Assembly: GCA_036689235.1 (NCBI GenBank)
Contig: CP144769.1
Coordinates: 178,481-210,480, forward strand
From: Candidatus Saccharimonadota bacterium
Lineage (GTDB): Bacteria; Pseudomonadota; Gammaproteobacteria; Enterobacterales; Enterobacteriaceae
Direction of reading: 5' to 3'
Length of the DNA: 32,000 nt
Shown here in pieces: positions 11,294 to 28,936 of the stretch; positions within the stretch are counted from its first letter, which is position 1; the number at the start of each line of letters is the position of its first letter. The notes beneath the pieces are model-generated. The model saw nothing but the letters and a program-made list of their open reading frames with translations. It did not search any database and was not told the DNA's origin. Both the position numbers and the translations under genes were made by a program.

Positions 11294-12172
11294 ATGAAAA
11301 AAAAATGTATTTATATATCTATAATAGGTAGAAGTAATGTAGGAAAATCTACTTTATTTAATTTATTAATTAATAAAAAAATTTCTATAACTTCAAAAAG
11401 AAAAAACACAACTAAAAAATATATTTTAGGAATTAATACTATAAATAATAATCAATATATATATATTGATACTCCTGGATTTAATAATTATAAAAATTTT
11501 AAAAAAATATTTAATAAAATAAATTATTTTTTAAACAAAAATATATATTTAAATATTAAAATAAATTTAATAATAATAATTATAGAAAATAAATATTTCT
11601 TTTACGAAAAAAAAATAATAAAAAAAATAAATATAAAAAAAATACCAATATTAATATTAATTAATAAAATAGATAAAATAAAAAATAAAAATATAATACT
11701 TAATTTTATTAAAAAATTAAAAAATAATATAAATAATGAAAATATTATACCTATATGTATAAAAAAAAAAAAACATATAAAATATTTACAAAATATAATA
11801 AATAAATATTTAATAAAATCTAAACATTATTTTAAAAAAAATATAAAAACAATACATAATATAAAATTTATAATTAAAGAGATAATAAAAGAAAAAATTT
11901 TAAAATTTATAAGAGAAGAAATACCATATAATATATTAATAAAAATAAAAAAAATTATAAATTTAAATAAAAAAAAAATAATTTTTTGTAATATATATAC
12001 AAAAAATAAAAGACATATAAATATAATAGTAGGTAAAAATGGAAAAAATATTAAAAATATAAATAATTTATCTAAAAAAGATATAGAAAAATATTATAAT
12101 AATAAAAAAAAAATAGAATTATTTATTCATATAAAAAAAAAAAATGATAAACTGAAAAAAAATAATAGGTAA
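11294..12172 (+). CDS. era: GTPase Era
   Basis: [12 protein letters not shown] (G1), DTPG (G3), NKID (G4), and a C-terminal KH-like region. Lies immediately downstream of rnc. Confidence 0.9.
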   Translation: MKKKCIYISIIGRSNVGKSTLFNLLINKKISITSKRKNTTKKYILGINTINNNQYIYIDTPGFNNYKNFKKIFNKINYFLNKNIYLNIKINLIIIIIENKYFFYEKKIIKKINIKKIPILILINKIDKIKNKNIILNFIKKLKNNINNENIIPICIKKKKHIKYLQNIINKYLIKSKHYFKKNIKTIHNIKFIIKEIIKEKILKFIREEIPYNILIKIKKIINLNKKKIIFCNIYTKNKRHINIIVGKNGKNIKNINNLSKKDIEKYYNNKKKIELFIHIKKKNDKLKKNNR

Positions 12173-12200
12173 AGAAAAAAAAAAAAAATATTTTATTAAA

Positions 12201-12794
12201 ATGAAATATTTTTTAGAAAAAGAATATAAAAATAAAATTATATATCCTAAAAAAAATAAAATTTTTGAAGCATTTAAATTAACAAAATTTGAAAATATTA
12301 AAGTAGTTATTGTAGGACAAGACCCTTACTGTAATAAAAATCAATCACATGGACTTGCTTTTTCTTTATTACCTAATATTAAAATAACTCCTTCTTTAAA
12401 AAATATATATATAGAAATAAAAAATGAATATCCAAATTTTAAAATTCCTAATAATGGATATTTATTAAATTGAACTAAACAAGGAATTTTATTATTAAAT
12501 AGTATTTTAACTATAGAAAATAAAAAAATTTTATCACATAAAAATATAGGATGAGAAATATTTACTAACAATATAATTAAATATATAAATAAATATAAAA
12601 ATAATATTGTATTTTTATTATGAGGTAAATTTGCTCAAAAAAAAATAAATTTAATTAATAAAAATAAACATTTAATATTAATATCTTCTCATCCATCTAA
12701 ATTATCTTTTAATAAAGGATTTTTAAATTGTAATCATTTTAAAAAAACTAATTTTTTTTTAATTAAAAAAAATAAAAAACCTATAATATGATAA
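12201..12794 (+). CDS. ung: uracil-DNA glycosylase (family 1)
   Basis: [21 protein letters not shown] (catalytic GQDPY block), [33 protein letters not shown] (His block), FLNCNHF. Collinear with E. coli Ung. Several TGA=Trp codons. Ends at TAA 12792-12794. Confidence 0.92.
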
Positions 12795-12795
12795 G

Positions 12796-13800
12796 TTAAT
12801 AACTAATATCCATATTTTTATATATTATAGATATATTTCTTTTAGCAATCTTTTTAACTTTTAATTTACCATTTAATAATATTTTTTTTAAAAAATTTTT
12901 TTTTTTTCTAAAAAAAAAATATTTATTTTGTAAATTTTTTAAAAAATTATTTAATTTTAAAATAAGTATATCTTTAAATTCTTTATATGAAAAATTTTTA
13001 AATTTATTTTCTAATTTTAAAATAGATATATTTTCTATTCCAGAAAATATATCTAATAAATTAGATATACCAGGTTTATTAATTTTATCATATAAAATCT
13101 TAGGAGGATTTTGAGAATCAGTTATAGAATTACTAATTTTTTTTTTAATATTATCAATATTATCCAATAAATAAATAACATTATTTTTATTAATATCAGA
13201 TTTAGACATTTTTATATAAGGATTACATAAAGACATTATTTTAGAACAATCTTTAGATAAAATATATTCAGGAATAACAAATATATTTTTAAAATAAAAT
13301 TTATTAATTCTATTAGCAATTATTTTAGTTAACTCTAAATGTTGTATTTGATCATATCCAATAGGAACATAATTAGAATTATATAATAATATATCTGCAG
13401 ACATTAATATAGGATAATTTAATAAAGCACAATTTATTTTATTTTTTTTATTTTTAAATTTACTTTTAAATTGAGTCATTCGATTTAATTCACCTATATA
13501 TGTATAACAATTTAATATTCAATAAAGTTTCATATGTTCAATAATATTAGATTGTAAAAAAATATTACAATTCATAGGATTTATACCAATAGCTAATATT
13601 ATAGATAATAAATCATAAATATAATTTTTAATTTTTGTTTTATCTTTTATACTAATTAATGAATGTAAATCAGCAATACAAAAAAAACAATTATACTTAT
13701 TTTGATTATAAAATCAATTTTTTAATACTCCAATATAATGACCAATAGTTAATTTTCCAGTAGGTTGAATAGCACTAAAAATATTTTTTTTTTTAATCAT
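12796..13800 (-). CDS. trpS: tryptophanyl-tRNA synthetase
   Basis: N-terminus [29 protein letters not shown], then CIADLHSL, LNCYTYIGELNRMTQFK and a KMSKS motif (IKMSKSD). Collinear with E. coli TrpRS. Total 334 aa. The stop is the complement of 12796-12798. Confidence 0.93.
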
Positions 13801-13805
13801 TTTAA

Positions 13806-18011
<4,206 letters not shown>

Positions 18012-18020
18012 AAATTAATA

Positions 18021-18025
18021 TTCCT
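18021..18025 (-). promoter_or_regulatory. Shine-Dalgarno-like AGGAA upstream of rpoC
   Basis: The complement of ttcct reads AGGAA, with about 10 nt between AGGA and the rpoC ATG. These are the only G bases on the coding strand of the 38-nt rpoB-rpoC spacer. Confidence 0.3.
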
Positions 18026-18049
18026 AAAAAATTTATAATAATTTATTTA

Positions 18050-22081
<4,032 letters not shown>

Positions 22082-22102
22082 ATAATTTTATCCATATATA
22101 AT

Positions 22103-22474
22103 TTATTTTAAAATAATTTTAGCACCAACTTCTTCTAAAGATTTTTTTAATAAATCACAATCTTTTTTTTGAATTTTATTTTTTATTAATACAGGACATG
22201 ATTCTACCAAATCTTTAGATTCCTTTAAACCTAAATTTAAAAAACTACGTATTATTTTAATAACCGCAATTTTATTATTTCCTATAGAATCTAAATAAAA
22301 ATCAAATTCATCTTTTTTATTTTCTTTAATTTCATTTTTATTAATATTACTATTTATTTGATAATCATTAGAATTTATACCAAATTTTTTTTCTATATCA
22401 TTAATCAATTCTATAATTTCAATTAATGTCATAGATGAAATTTTATCTAAAATTTTTTTATTATTACTTTTCAT
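22103..22474 (-). CDS. rplL: 50S ribosomal protein L7/L12
   Basis: 123 aa. C-terminal domain VIKIIRSFLNLGLKESKDLVESCPVLIKNKIQKKDCDLLKKSLEEVGAKIILK. Lies between rplJ and rpoB. Confidence 0.93.
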   Translation of the reverse strand: MKSNNKKILDKISSMTLIEIIELINDIEKKFGINSNDYQINSNINKNEIKENKKDEFDFYLDSIGNNKIAVIKIIRSFLNLGLKESKDLVESCPVLIKNKIQKKDCDLLKKSLEEVGAKIILK

Positions 22475-22479
22475 ATATA

Positions 22480-22980
22480 TTAACCTTTAAATTTAATATC
22501 CTTAATAATTAATAAAATATATAAAAGTTTAATTATAGAAATATTTTTTATATAAACAATTAAATATTTTAATGATTTTTTTTTACTACTTAATAATGAA
22601 ATTTTTTTATGTATACTATAATCAACTATTTTTTTATTAATACAAATAGTATTTAATCTAATTTTATTTTTATATTTAAATATAAATTTTTCAAAAATTA
22701 AAGAAGGATAACTATAAGATTTTAAAGAATAAAATATTAATATAGAACCATTAATTTTTTCTACTAAAAAATTTAAATTTAATTTATTTAAAATAATTTT
22801 AAATAATTTATTATGTATTATAGAAATAAAAAACCCCTTTTTATTACTATTTTTACGTAAAAATATCAAATCATTTGATTTTAATTTTTTAAAATTAATA
22901 ATTAAAATAGACAGACAATTATCTATTTTATATTTCATATTTAAAATATATTTTTTTTTATTTTCTAAACTTAATGACAT
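22480..22980 (-). CDS. rplJ: 50S ribosomal protein L10
   Basis: 166-aa ORF in the conserved rplA-rplJ-rplL slot. The sequence is highly diverged, so the call rests mainly on synteny and size. Confidence 0.8.
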   Translation of the reverse strand: MSLSLENKKKYILNMKYKIDNCLSILIINFKKLKSNDLIFLRKNSNKKGFFISIIHNKLFKIILNKLNLNFLVEKINGSILIFYSLKSYSYPSLIFEKFIFKYKNKIRLNTICINKKIVDYSIHKKISLLSSKKKSLKYLIVYIKNISIIKLLYILLIIKDIKFKG

Positions 22981-22998
22981 TAAAAACCCTATAAAATT

Positions 22999-23646
22999 TT
23001 AATTTAAATTAATAATATAACTTTTACCCATTGTACTTGATATACTAATTTTTTTTATAAAATTATTATTTTTATTTTTATTAAATTTATTTAATAAAAT
23101 AGAATTTATTAAATAATTAAAATTAGATAATAATTCATCATTAGAAAAATTAATCTTACCTATACTTAAGTGAATAATTCCATATTTATCACTTTTATAT
23201 ATAATATTACCTTTAATAAAATTATTAATAGTATATTCAATATTATCAGTAATTGTTCCTAAATTTAAATTAGGCATTAAACCTTTAGGACCTAATATAT
23301 ATCCTAATTTACTAACAAAATTAACATAATTACTACTACAAATAACTAAATCATATTTAATTTCATTATTTTTAATTTTATTAAATAAATCATCATTACC
23401 TACATAAAAAGCTCCAGCTTTATAAGCAATTTTAAAATTTGATTCATCAGTAAAAACAACTATTTTTTTTTTTAAATTTACTTTATAAGGAAATATTAAA
23501 TTACCATAAATATTTTGATTACTATTTTTATAATCTAATAATAAATTTATATCAACATCTATTGATTCATTAAATTTTTTATTAGAATTATTTTTTATTA
23601 AATTAAATATTTTAATAATATTTTTATTATTTTTATTTTCTTTCAT
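22999..23646 (-). CDS. rplA: 50S ribosomal protein L1
   Basis: GPKGLMPNLNLGTIT matches the L1 block GPRGLMPNPKVGTVT. 215 aa. Conserved rplK-rplA order. Confidence 0.9.
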   Translation of the reverse strand: MKENKNNKNIIKIFNLIKNNSNKKFNESIDVDINLLLDYKNSNQNIYGNLIFPYKVNLKKKIVVFTDESNFKIAYKAGAFYVGNDDLFNKIKNNEIKYDLVICSSNYVNFVSKLGYILGPKGLMPNLNLGTITDNIEYTINNFIKGNIIYKSDKYGIIHLSIGKINFSNDELLSNFNYLINSILLNKFNKNKNNNFIKKISISSTMGKSYIINLN

Positions 23647-23648
23647 AA

Positions 23649-24074
23649 TTAATCTTTAATTTTAACTCCCATAGACATAGCAGTTCCAATTATAGATTTA
23701 CAAATAGAATCTAAATTACAACTATTTGTATCCAAATATTTTATTTTAGCAATATCAAGTATAAAAGATCTTTTAATATAACCAATAATATCATGACCCG
23801 GTTTTTTAGAACCAAAATTAATAGATATTTTTTTTTTAATTAAATATGAAACTGGTGGACTTTTAATAGAAAAAGTAAAACTACGATTAGAATAAATTTT
23901 AATAATAACTGGTATAGGAATACCTTTTTCCATATTAGAAGTTTTTTCATTAAATAATTTACAAAATTGCATAATATTAACTCCTCTTTGACCTAAAATA
24001 GGTCCTACAGGAGGACTAGGATTAGCCATACCAGATAAAACTTGTAATTTTACATATGTATATTCTTTTTTCAT
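23649..24074 (-). CDS. rplK: 50S ribosomal protein L11
   Basis: VKLQVLSGMANPSPPVGPILGQRGVNIMQFCKLFNEKT is the conserved L11 N-terminal domain. 141 aa. Confidence 0.94.
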   Translation of the reverse strand: MKKEYTYVKLQVLSGMANPSPPVGPILGQRGVNIMQFCKLFNEKTSNMEKGIPIPVIIKIYSNRSFTFSIKSPPVSYLIKKKISINFGSKKPGHDIIGYIKRSFILDIAKIKYLDTNSCNLDSICKSIIGTAMSMGVKIKD

Positions 24075-24103
24075 TTTTTTTCATCTATACATTCTAAAAA
24101 AAA

Positions 24104-24652
24104 TTAATAATCATTTTTTTCTACTTGAGAAAAATCTAATTCAACAGGAGTAGATCTACCAAATATTAAAACAGATACTTTTAAACGATTTTTATCATAA
24201 TCAATTTCCTCAACAGTACCACTAAAATCACAAAAAGGACCATTATTAATTCTAATTAATTCTCCATATTCAAATAAAATCTTTGGTCTAGGTTTACCAC
24301 TTATTTTATTTAATTTATTTTTTATAATTTTAATTTCTTTTTTATTAACAGGAAAAGGATTACCAAAATTACCTCCAATAAATCCAACTATTCCACGCAT
24401 ATTATTAATTAAATATCAATTTTTATTATTCATAATCATATTAATTAAAAAATAACCAGGAAAAAATTTTTTTTCACTTTTTTTTCTAATACCATTTTTT
24501 ATCTCAACTATTTCTTCACTAGGAATTAAAATTTCTCCAAAATCATCTTCTAATTTATATAATTTTATATATTTTTTTAAAGATTTAATAACTTTATTTT
24601 CAAAATTAGAAAATACTTGAACTACATATCATAACTTTTTTTTATTATCCAT
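24104..24652 (-). CDS. nusG: transcription termination/antitermination factor NusG
   Basis: N-terminus [21 protein letters not shown]...[15 protein letters not shown] region [47 protein letters not shown]-track piece 24104-24400 extends 5' through TGA codons. Total 182 aa. Confidence 0.92.
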
Positions 24653-24662
24653 ATTTTTTTTT

Positions 24663-25013
24663 TTAAAAAAATAAATTACTAACAATAAAAATTATATATA
24701 ATATAATCTTATCAATTAATCAAATAATAAATGATATTAAAAAACTAAACAAAAAAAATATAATAATACTTTTATTAACTTTATTAAAAGATGGTCAAAT
24801 AATTTTTGAAATTTCTAATTTAGATTTACTTAAAAAAAAAATAATATTTTTAAATATTCTTTTTTTTTTTAAAAAATAAAAAAATAAATAAGAAAATAAA
24901 ATTTTTAAAAAAAAATTAAAAAAAAAAATATACTTATATAAAAAATAATTAAATATAAAATATATTTTTTTAAATAAAAAATAAAAATTTATTTTTTTAA
25001 AATAAGTATTCAT
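24663..25013 (-). CDS. secE: preprotein translocase subunit SecE
   Basis: LEISKIIWPSFNKVNKSIIIFFLFSFLISFIIWLIDKII resembles the conserved SecE C-terminal amphipathic helix plus TM segment (VRKVIWPTRQE...). Hydrophobic N-terminal segments are present. Lies immediately upstream of nusG. The 5' end is less certain. Confidence 0.8.
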
Positions 25014-25045
25014 TAATATTATAAATTAAATTGTTAATAATAAAT

Positions 25046-26095
25046 TTAATTAAAATTATACATAAATTTATTAAAAAAAATAACTTTAATTTCTAATTCT
25101 AATAAAATATTAAATTTACTAAATACTTTTTTCTTAATAAAATTAATCAAATTAAATATATCTATAGGTAAAGCATTATTAAAATTAATAATAATTAAAG
25201 GTTGTTTATTATAAACTTTAGCTCCACCAATAGTATAACCTTTTAATCCACACTTATCAATTAATAAAGCAGCAGATATTTTAATATATTTATTCAAAAT
25301 ATTATATTTAATATTTTTAAATATATTAAAATATTTTATTTTTAATTTAATAAAATCTTTAATATTTAAAATAGGATTTTTAAAAATACTACCAATATTA
25401 CCAAATAATTTATAATTAGGTAATTTATAATTTCTTAAATTAATAATAAAATTATATATATCTATAGGTTTTATATTTAAATTTAATGGATTAAAAAAAT
25501 ATAATAAATCTTTATATAATAAACAAGGTGTTCAATTTTTTTTAATCTTTAATATAATACTTACTATTATTAATTTTTTATATAAAAATTCTTTAAATAT
25601 ACTATATCTATAAGAAAAAAAACAATTATAATTATTAATATAATAAAATAAACCATTAAATATATTTAAAACTTTTACATAAAAAACAAAATCTTTTATT
25701 TCACAACCATATGCTCCTATATTATTAACTACTGCAGAACCTATAGTTCCAGGTATTTTAGATAAGTTTTCTAAACCAAAAATACCATTAATAAAAGAAA
25801 AATTTATTACATCAAATAATAATTCACCAGAATTTATATTTAAAAATCAAAAATCTATATTTTGATGAATAATTTTAATACCTTTAATTTTATTAATAAT
25901 AACAATTCCGTAAAAATTTTCCATTAATAATATATTACTACCTTTACCTAAAAAAATAAATTTAATTTTTTTTTTAATACATCAAAACAAAATTTTTTTT
26001 AATTCATTAATATTATTAATTATAAAAATATCATTAGCAAAAACATCAATACCAAAAGTATTAAATTTTTTTAAAGAATTATTTTTATTAAACAT
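25046..26095 (-). CDS. murB: UDP-N-acetylenolpyruvoylglucosamine reductase
   Basis: N-terminus MFNKNNSLKKFNTFGIDVFAN...FLGKGSNILL. Mid-protein LSKIPGTIGSAVVNNIGAYG. C-terminus SAALLIDKCGLKGYTIGGAKVYNKQPLIIIN. Collinear with MurB. Total 349 aa, with TGA=Trp codons inside. Confidence 0.88.
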
Positions 26096-26122
26096 TTTAA
26101 ATTAAAATTTATATATTTAATT

Positions 26123-26590
26123 TTATTTTTTTTTTTTAAATTCTATATATTTTTTTTTTCAAATATTATAAAAAAAAAATTTTTCATATATTAACATAAT
26201 TTTATAATCACTATATTTTTTATGACCAAAATTTAATAAATGTAATATACCATGTATTAATATATATGAAAAATAAAATAAATATTTTATATTTTTTAAT
26301 TTAGATATTCTATATATTTCAAATGGACATAAAACAATATCTCCTAATAAATTATTTTTGATATTTCAATTATAAGAAAAAGATAAAATATTAGTAATAC
26401 AATTTTTATTATTATATTTTTTATTTAAAAAAATCATATCTTCACAATTTAATATAATTATAAAAATATCTTTTTTAATATTAAAAAATGAATAAAAATT
26501 TTTTAATACTTTATAAAAAAAATACTTTTTAGGTACTAATTTAAAATTTTTATAAAAATATATTATATTTAATTTTTTTTTTTTAATCAT
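26123..26590 (-). CDS. ybeY: rRNA maturation endoribonuclease YbeY
   Basis: 155 aa. GDIVLCP...ILIHGILHLLNFGH is a somewhat degenerate version of the YbeY H-G-x-L-H-L-x-G-x-x-H metal motif. Lies downstream of ybeZ as in E. coli. Traced through two TGA codons to TAA (complement of 26123-26125). Confidence 0.85.
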
Positions 26591-26603
26591 AAATAATTAT
26601 TAA

Positions 26604-27293
26604 TTATATTTTTTTTTCATATCTATTATATGATTTTATAATATTACTTACAATATTTGAACGCATAATATCTTTAGTTTTAAAATAAACAACACCTATA
26701 TCTTTTAAATTCTTACAAATTTTAACAGAATGTTTTAAACCAGAATAAATATTTTTAGGTAAATCTATTTGAGAAATATCACCATTAATAATAGCTTTAG
26801 AATTAAAACCTAATCTTGTTAAAAACATTTTCATTTGAGTAATAGTAGTATTTTGAGCTTCATCTAATATTACAAAACAATCATTAAAAGTTCTTCCTCT
26901 CATATATGCTAATGGAACAATTTCTATAATATTACTATATATATATTTTTTATAAAAATTAGATCCTAAAATTTCAAATAAAACATCATATATAGGAGAT
27001 AAATAAGGATCTATTTTTTGATTAAAATTACCAGGTAGAAAACCCAATTTTTCTCCAGCTTCAACAATAGGTCTAGCTAAAATAATTCTATTAACTTTTC
27101 TTTTTTTAAAAAAATAAATTGCAGCTGCTGTTGCTAAATAAGTTTTACCTGTACCTGAAACACCTATACCAAAAGTAATAATATTATTAAAAATACTATT
27201 TAAATATAAATTTTGAATTTTAGTTTTAGGTTTTATATAACAAAATTTATTTTTTAAAAAAAAATCACATTTTTTTTTTATATTATTTAACAT
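26604..27293 (-). CDS. ybeZ: PhoH-like ATPase (PhoH/YbeZ family), core domain only
   Basis: Walker A GVSGTGKTYLATAAA, then ILARPIVEAGEKLGFLPG, ILDEAQNTT and GDISQIDLP. 229 aa. Only 11 nt remain before the miaB stop, so there is no room for an N-terminal extension. Confidence 0.9.
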   Translation of the reverse strand: MLNNIKKKCDFFLKNKFCYIKPKTKIQNLYLNSIFNNIITFGIGVSGTGKTYLATAAAIYFFKKRKVNRIILARPIVEAGEKLGFLPGNFNQKIDPYLSPIYDVLFEILGSNFYKKYIYSNIIEIVPLAYMRGRTFNDCFVILDEAQNTTITQMKMFLTRLGFNSKAIINGDISQIDLPKNIYSGLKHSVKICKNLKDIGVVYFKTKDIMRSNIVSNIIKSYNRYEKKI

Positions 27294-27304
27294 ATATTAT
27301 AAAA

Positions 27305-28636
27305 TTATAAAATTATACCATATAATGAACTATTTTTATTTTTTAATATTTTAATATCTATTATATTACCTATTAAATTATATCTATTACTCTTAAAATA
27401 AACAATTTTATTATTAAAACAACGACCATAATAATAATTATTTCTTTTAGTATAACCTTCTACTAAAACACTTTGAATAGAATTAATCATTTTTTTACTT
27501 CAATATATACAATTTTTATTTAATAAATATTGAATTTTATTCAATCTTTCTTTTTTAATTAATATAGAAACATCATTTTTTATATTATAAGATTTAGTCC
27601 CTTCTCTAGGAGAATAAATAAACGCATAACTAGTATCAAATTTTATTTCTTTAATTAATTTTAAAGTTAAATTAAAATCATAATCATCTTCAGAAGGAAA
27701 ACCAATTATAAAATCAGAACCAAATAACATATTTGGTCTTATATCTAATATTTTATTTATAATATTTTTATAATACTTTATATTATAATTTCTTTTCATA
27801 ATATTTAATATTCTATTAGATCCACTTTGAACAGGTAAATGTAAATAATCAACTATTTTAGGAATATTTTTATAACATAAAATAATATCTTTTTTAAAAT
27901 CTATTGGATGACTACTAATAAATTTTATTCTTTTAATACCTTTAATTTCTGAAATTAAATTTAATAAATAAGAAAAATTACATTTTTTACCATCAGAAAA
28001 ATAACTCAAATAAGAATTTACATTTTGTCCTAATAAATTAACTTCACATATACCATTATAAACTAAATATTTTATTTCAGAAATAATATCCTCAGGAAAA
28101 CGACTTATTTGAGTACCTCTAGTAAAAGGAACAATACAATAAGAACAAAATTTATTACAACCCTCCATAATAGTAACAAAAGTTTTATCTAAAAAATTAC
28201 TATTATTATTAATATGAAAAATATTTTTTTTAAGTTTTTTAGAAAAATTAACATCTAATATTTTTTTTTTATTTTTATAAAAATTATCAATTAAAATAGG
28301 AATATTTTTTATATTTTGAGTACCACAAATAATATCAATTATATTTCATTTATAAAATAATTTATTTTTTTCTTTAGAAGCAATACATCCACAAACAATA
28401 ACAATTAAATTATTATTTTTTTTTTTAATTACTTTAATTTCATTTAAATAAGAATATAATTTATATTCTGCTTTTTTTCTAACAGAACAAGTATTTAAAA
28501 TTATTAAATCTGCATTTAATAAAGAATTAACTAAAAAATATTTTTTTGATGAATTAAATAAATATGAAATAATTTTATTAGAATCATATTTATTCATTTG
28601 ACATCCTCATGTCTTTATATATAAATTTATACACAT
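27305..28636 (-). CDS. miaB: tRNA-i6A37 methylthiotransferase MiaB
   Basis: N-terminus MCINLYIKTWGCQMNKYDS. Radical-SAM cluster CNKFCSYCIVPFTRG. C-terminal TRAM-like segment. Three ORF-track pieces share one frame and are joined by TGA. Total 443 aa. Confidence 0.93.
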
Positions 28637-28666
28637 ATTAAATTAATAAAATAATAATTTTATAAA

Positions 28667-28739
28667 TAGCTATGATGGGTTTTGAACCCATGACCTCAGC
28701 GTTATGAATGCTGTGCTCTACCAACTAAGCTACATAGCT
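28667..28739 (-). tRNA. tRNA with CAU anticodon (elongator Met, or Ile2 if the anticodon is lysidine-modified)
   Basis: The reverse complement AGCTATGTAGCTTAGTTGGTAGAGCACAGCATTCATAACGCTGAGGTCATGGGTTCAAAACCCATCATAGCTA folds as a cloverleaf with anticodon loop TTCATAA. The A1-U72 pair and the absence of a GGG/CCC anticodon stem argue against an initiator tRNA. Confidence 0.85.
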
Positions 28740-28741
28740 TT

Positions 28742-28812
28742 CAGGGATATCAGGATTCGAACCTGAGATCTCGGGATCAAAACCCGATGCCTTACCACTT
28801 GGCTATATCCCA
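28742..28812 (-). tRNA. tRNA-Gln (anticodon UUG)
   Basis: The reverse complement TGGGATATAGCCAAGTGGTAAGGCATCGGGTTTTGATCCCGAGATCTCAGGTTCGAATCCTGATATCCCTG has anticodon stem TCGGG/CCCGA and loop TTTTGAT. It closely resembles E. coli tRNA-Gln. Discriminator G. Confidence 0.88.
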
Positions 28813-28816
28813 ATAT

Positions 28817-28898
28817 TACGGAAGACGAGATTTGAACTCGTAAACAATTAAGTACTAGACTCTAATTCTAGTGCGTTTACCAATTTCGCCACTTCCGC
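28817..28898 (-). tRNA. tRNA-Leu (anticodon UAG)
   Basis: The reverse complement GCGGAAGTGGCGAAATTGGTAAACGCACTAGAATTAGAGTCTAGTACTTAATTGTTTACGAGTTCAAATCTCGTCTTCCGTA has anticodon stem CTAGA/TCTAG, loop ATTAGAG (anticodon TAG) and a long variable arm typical of Leu. Confidence 0.88.
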
Positions 28899-28936
28899 AA
28901 AATTTATATAAAAATAAATATATTATATAATATATC

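Noticed and set aside
28899-28936. Promoter calls from TATAAT-like hexamers, for example 28926-28931 before prmB, and similar motifs in the divergent spacers 2497-2577, 7836-7928 and 31573-31664.
   Set aside because: In DNA that is nearly all A/T, TATAAT- and TTGACA-like strings occur by chance almost everywhere. Motif matches therefore carry essentially no information without transcript 5'-end data.
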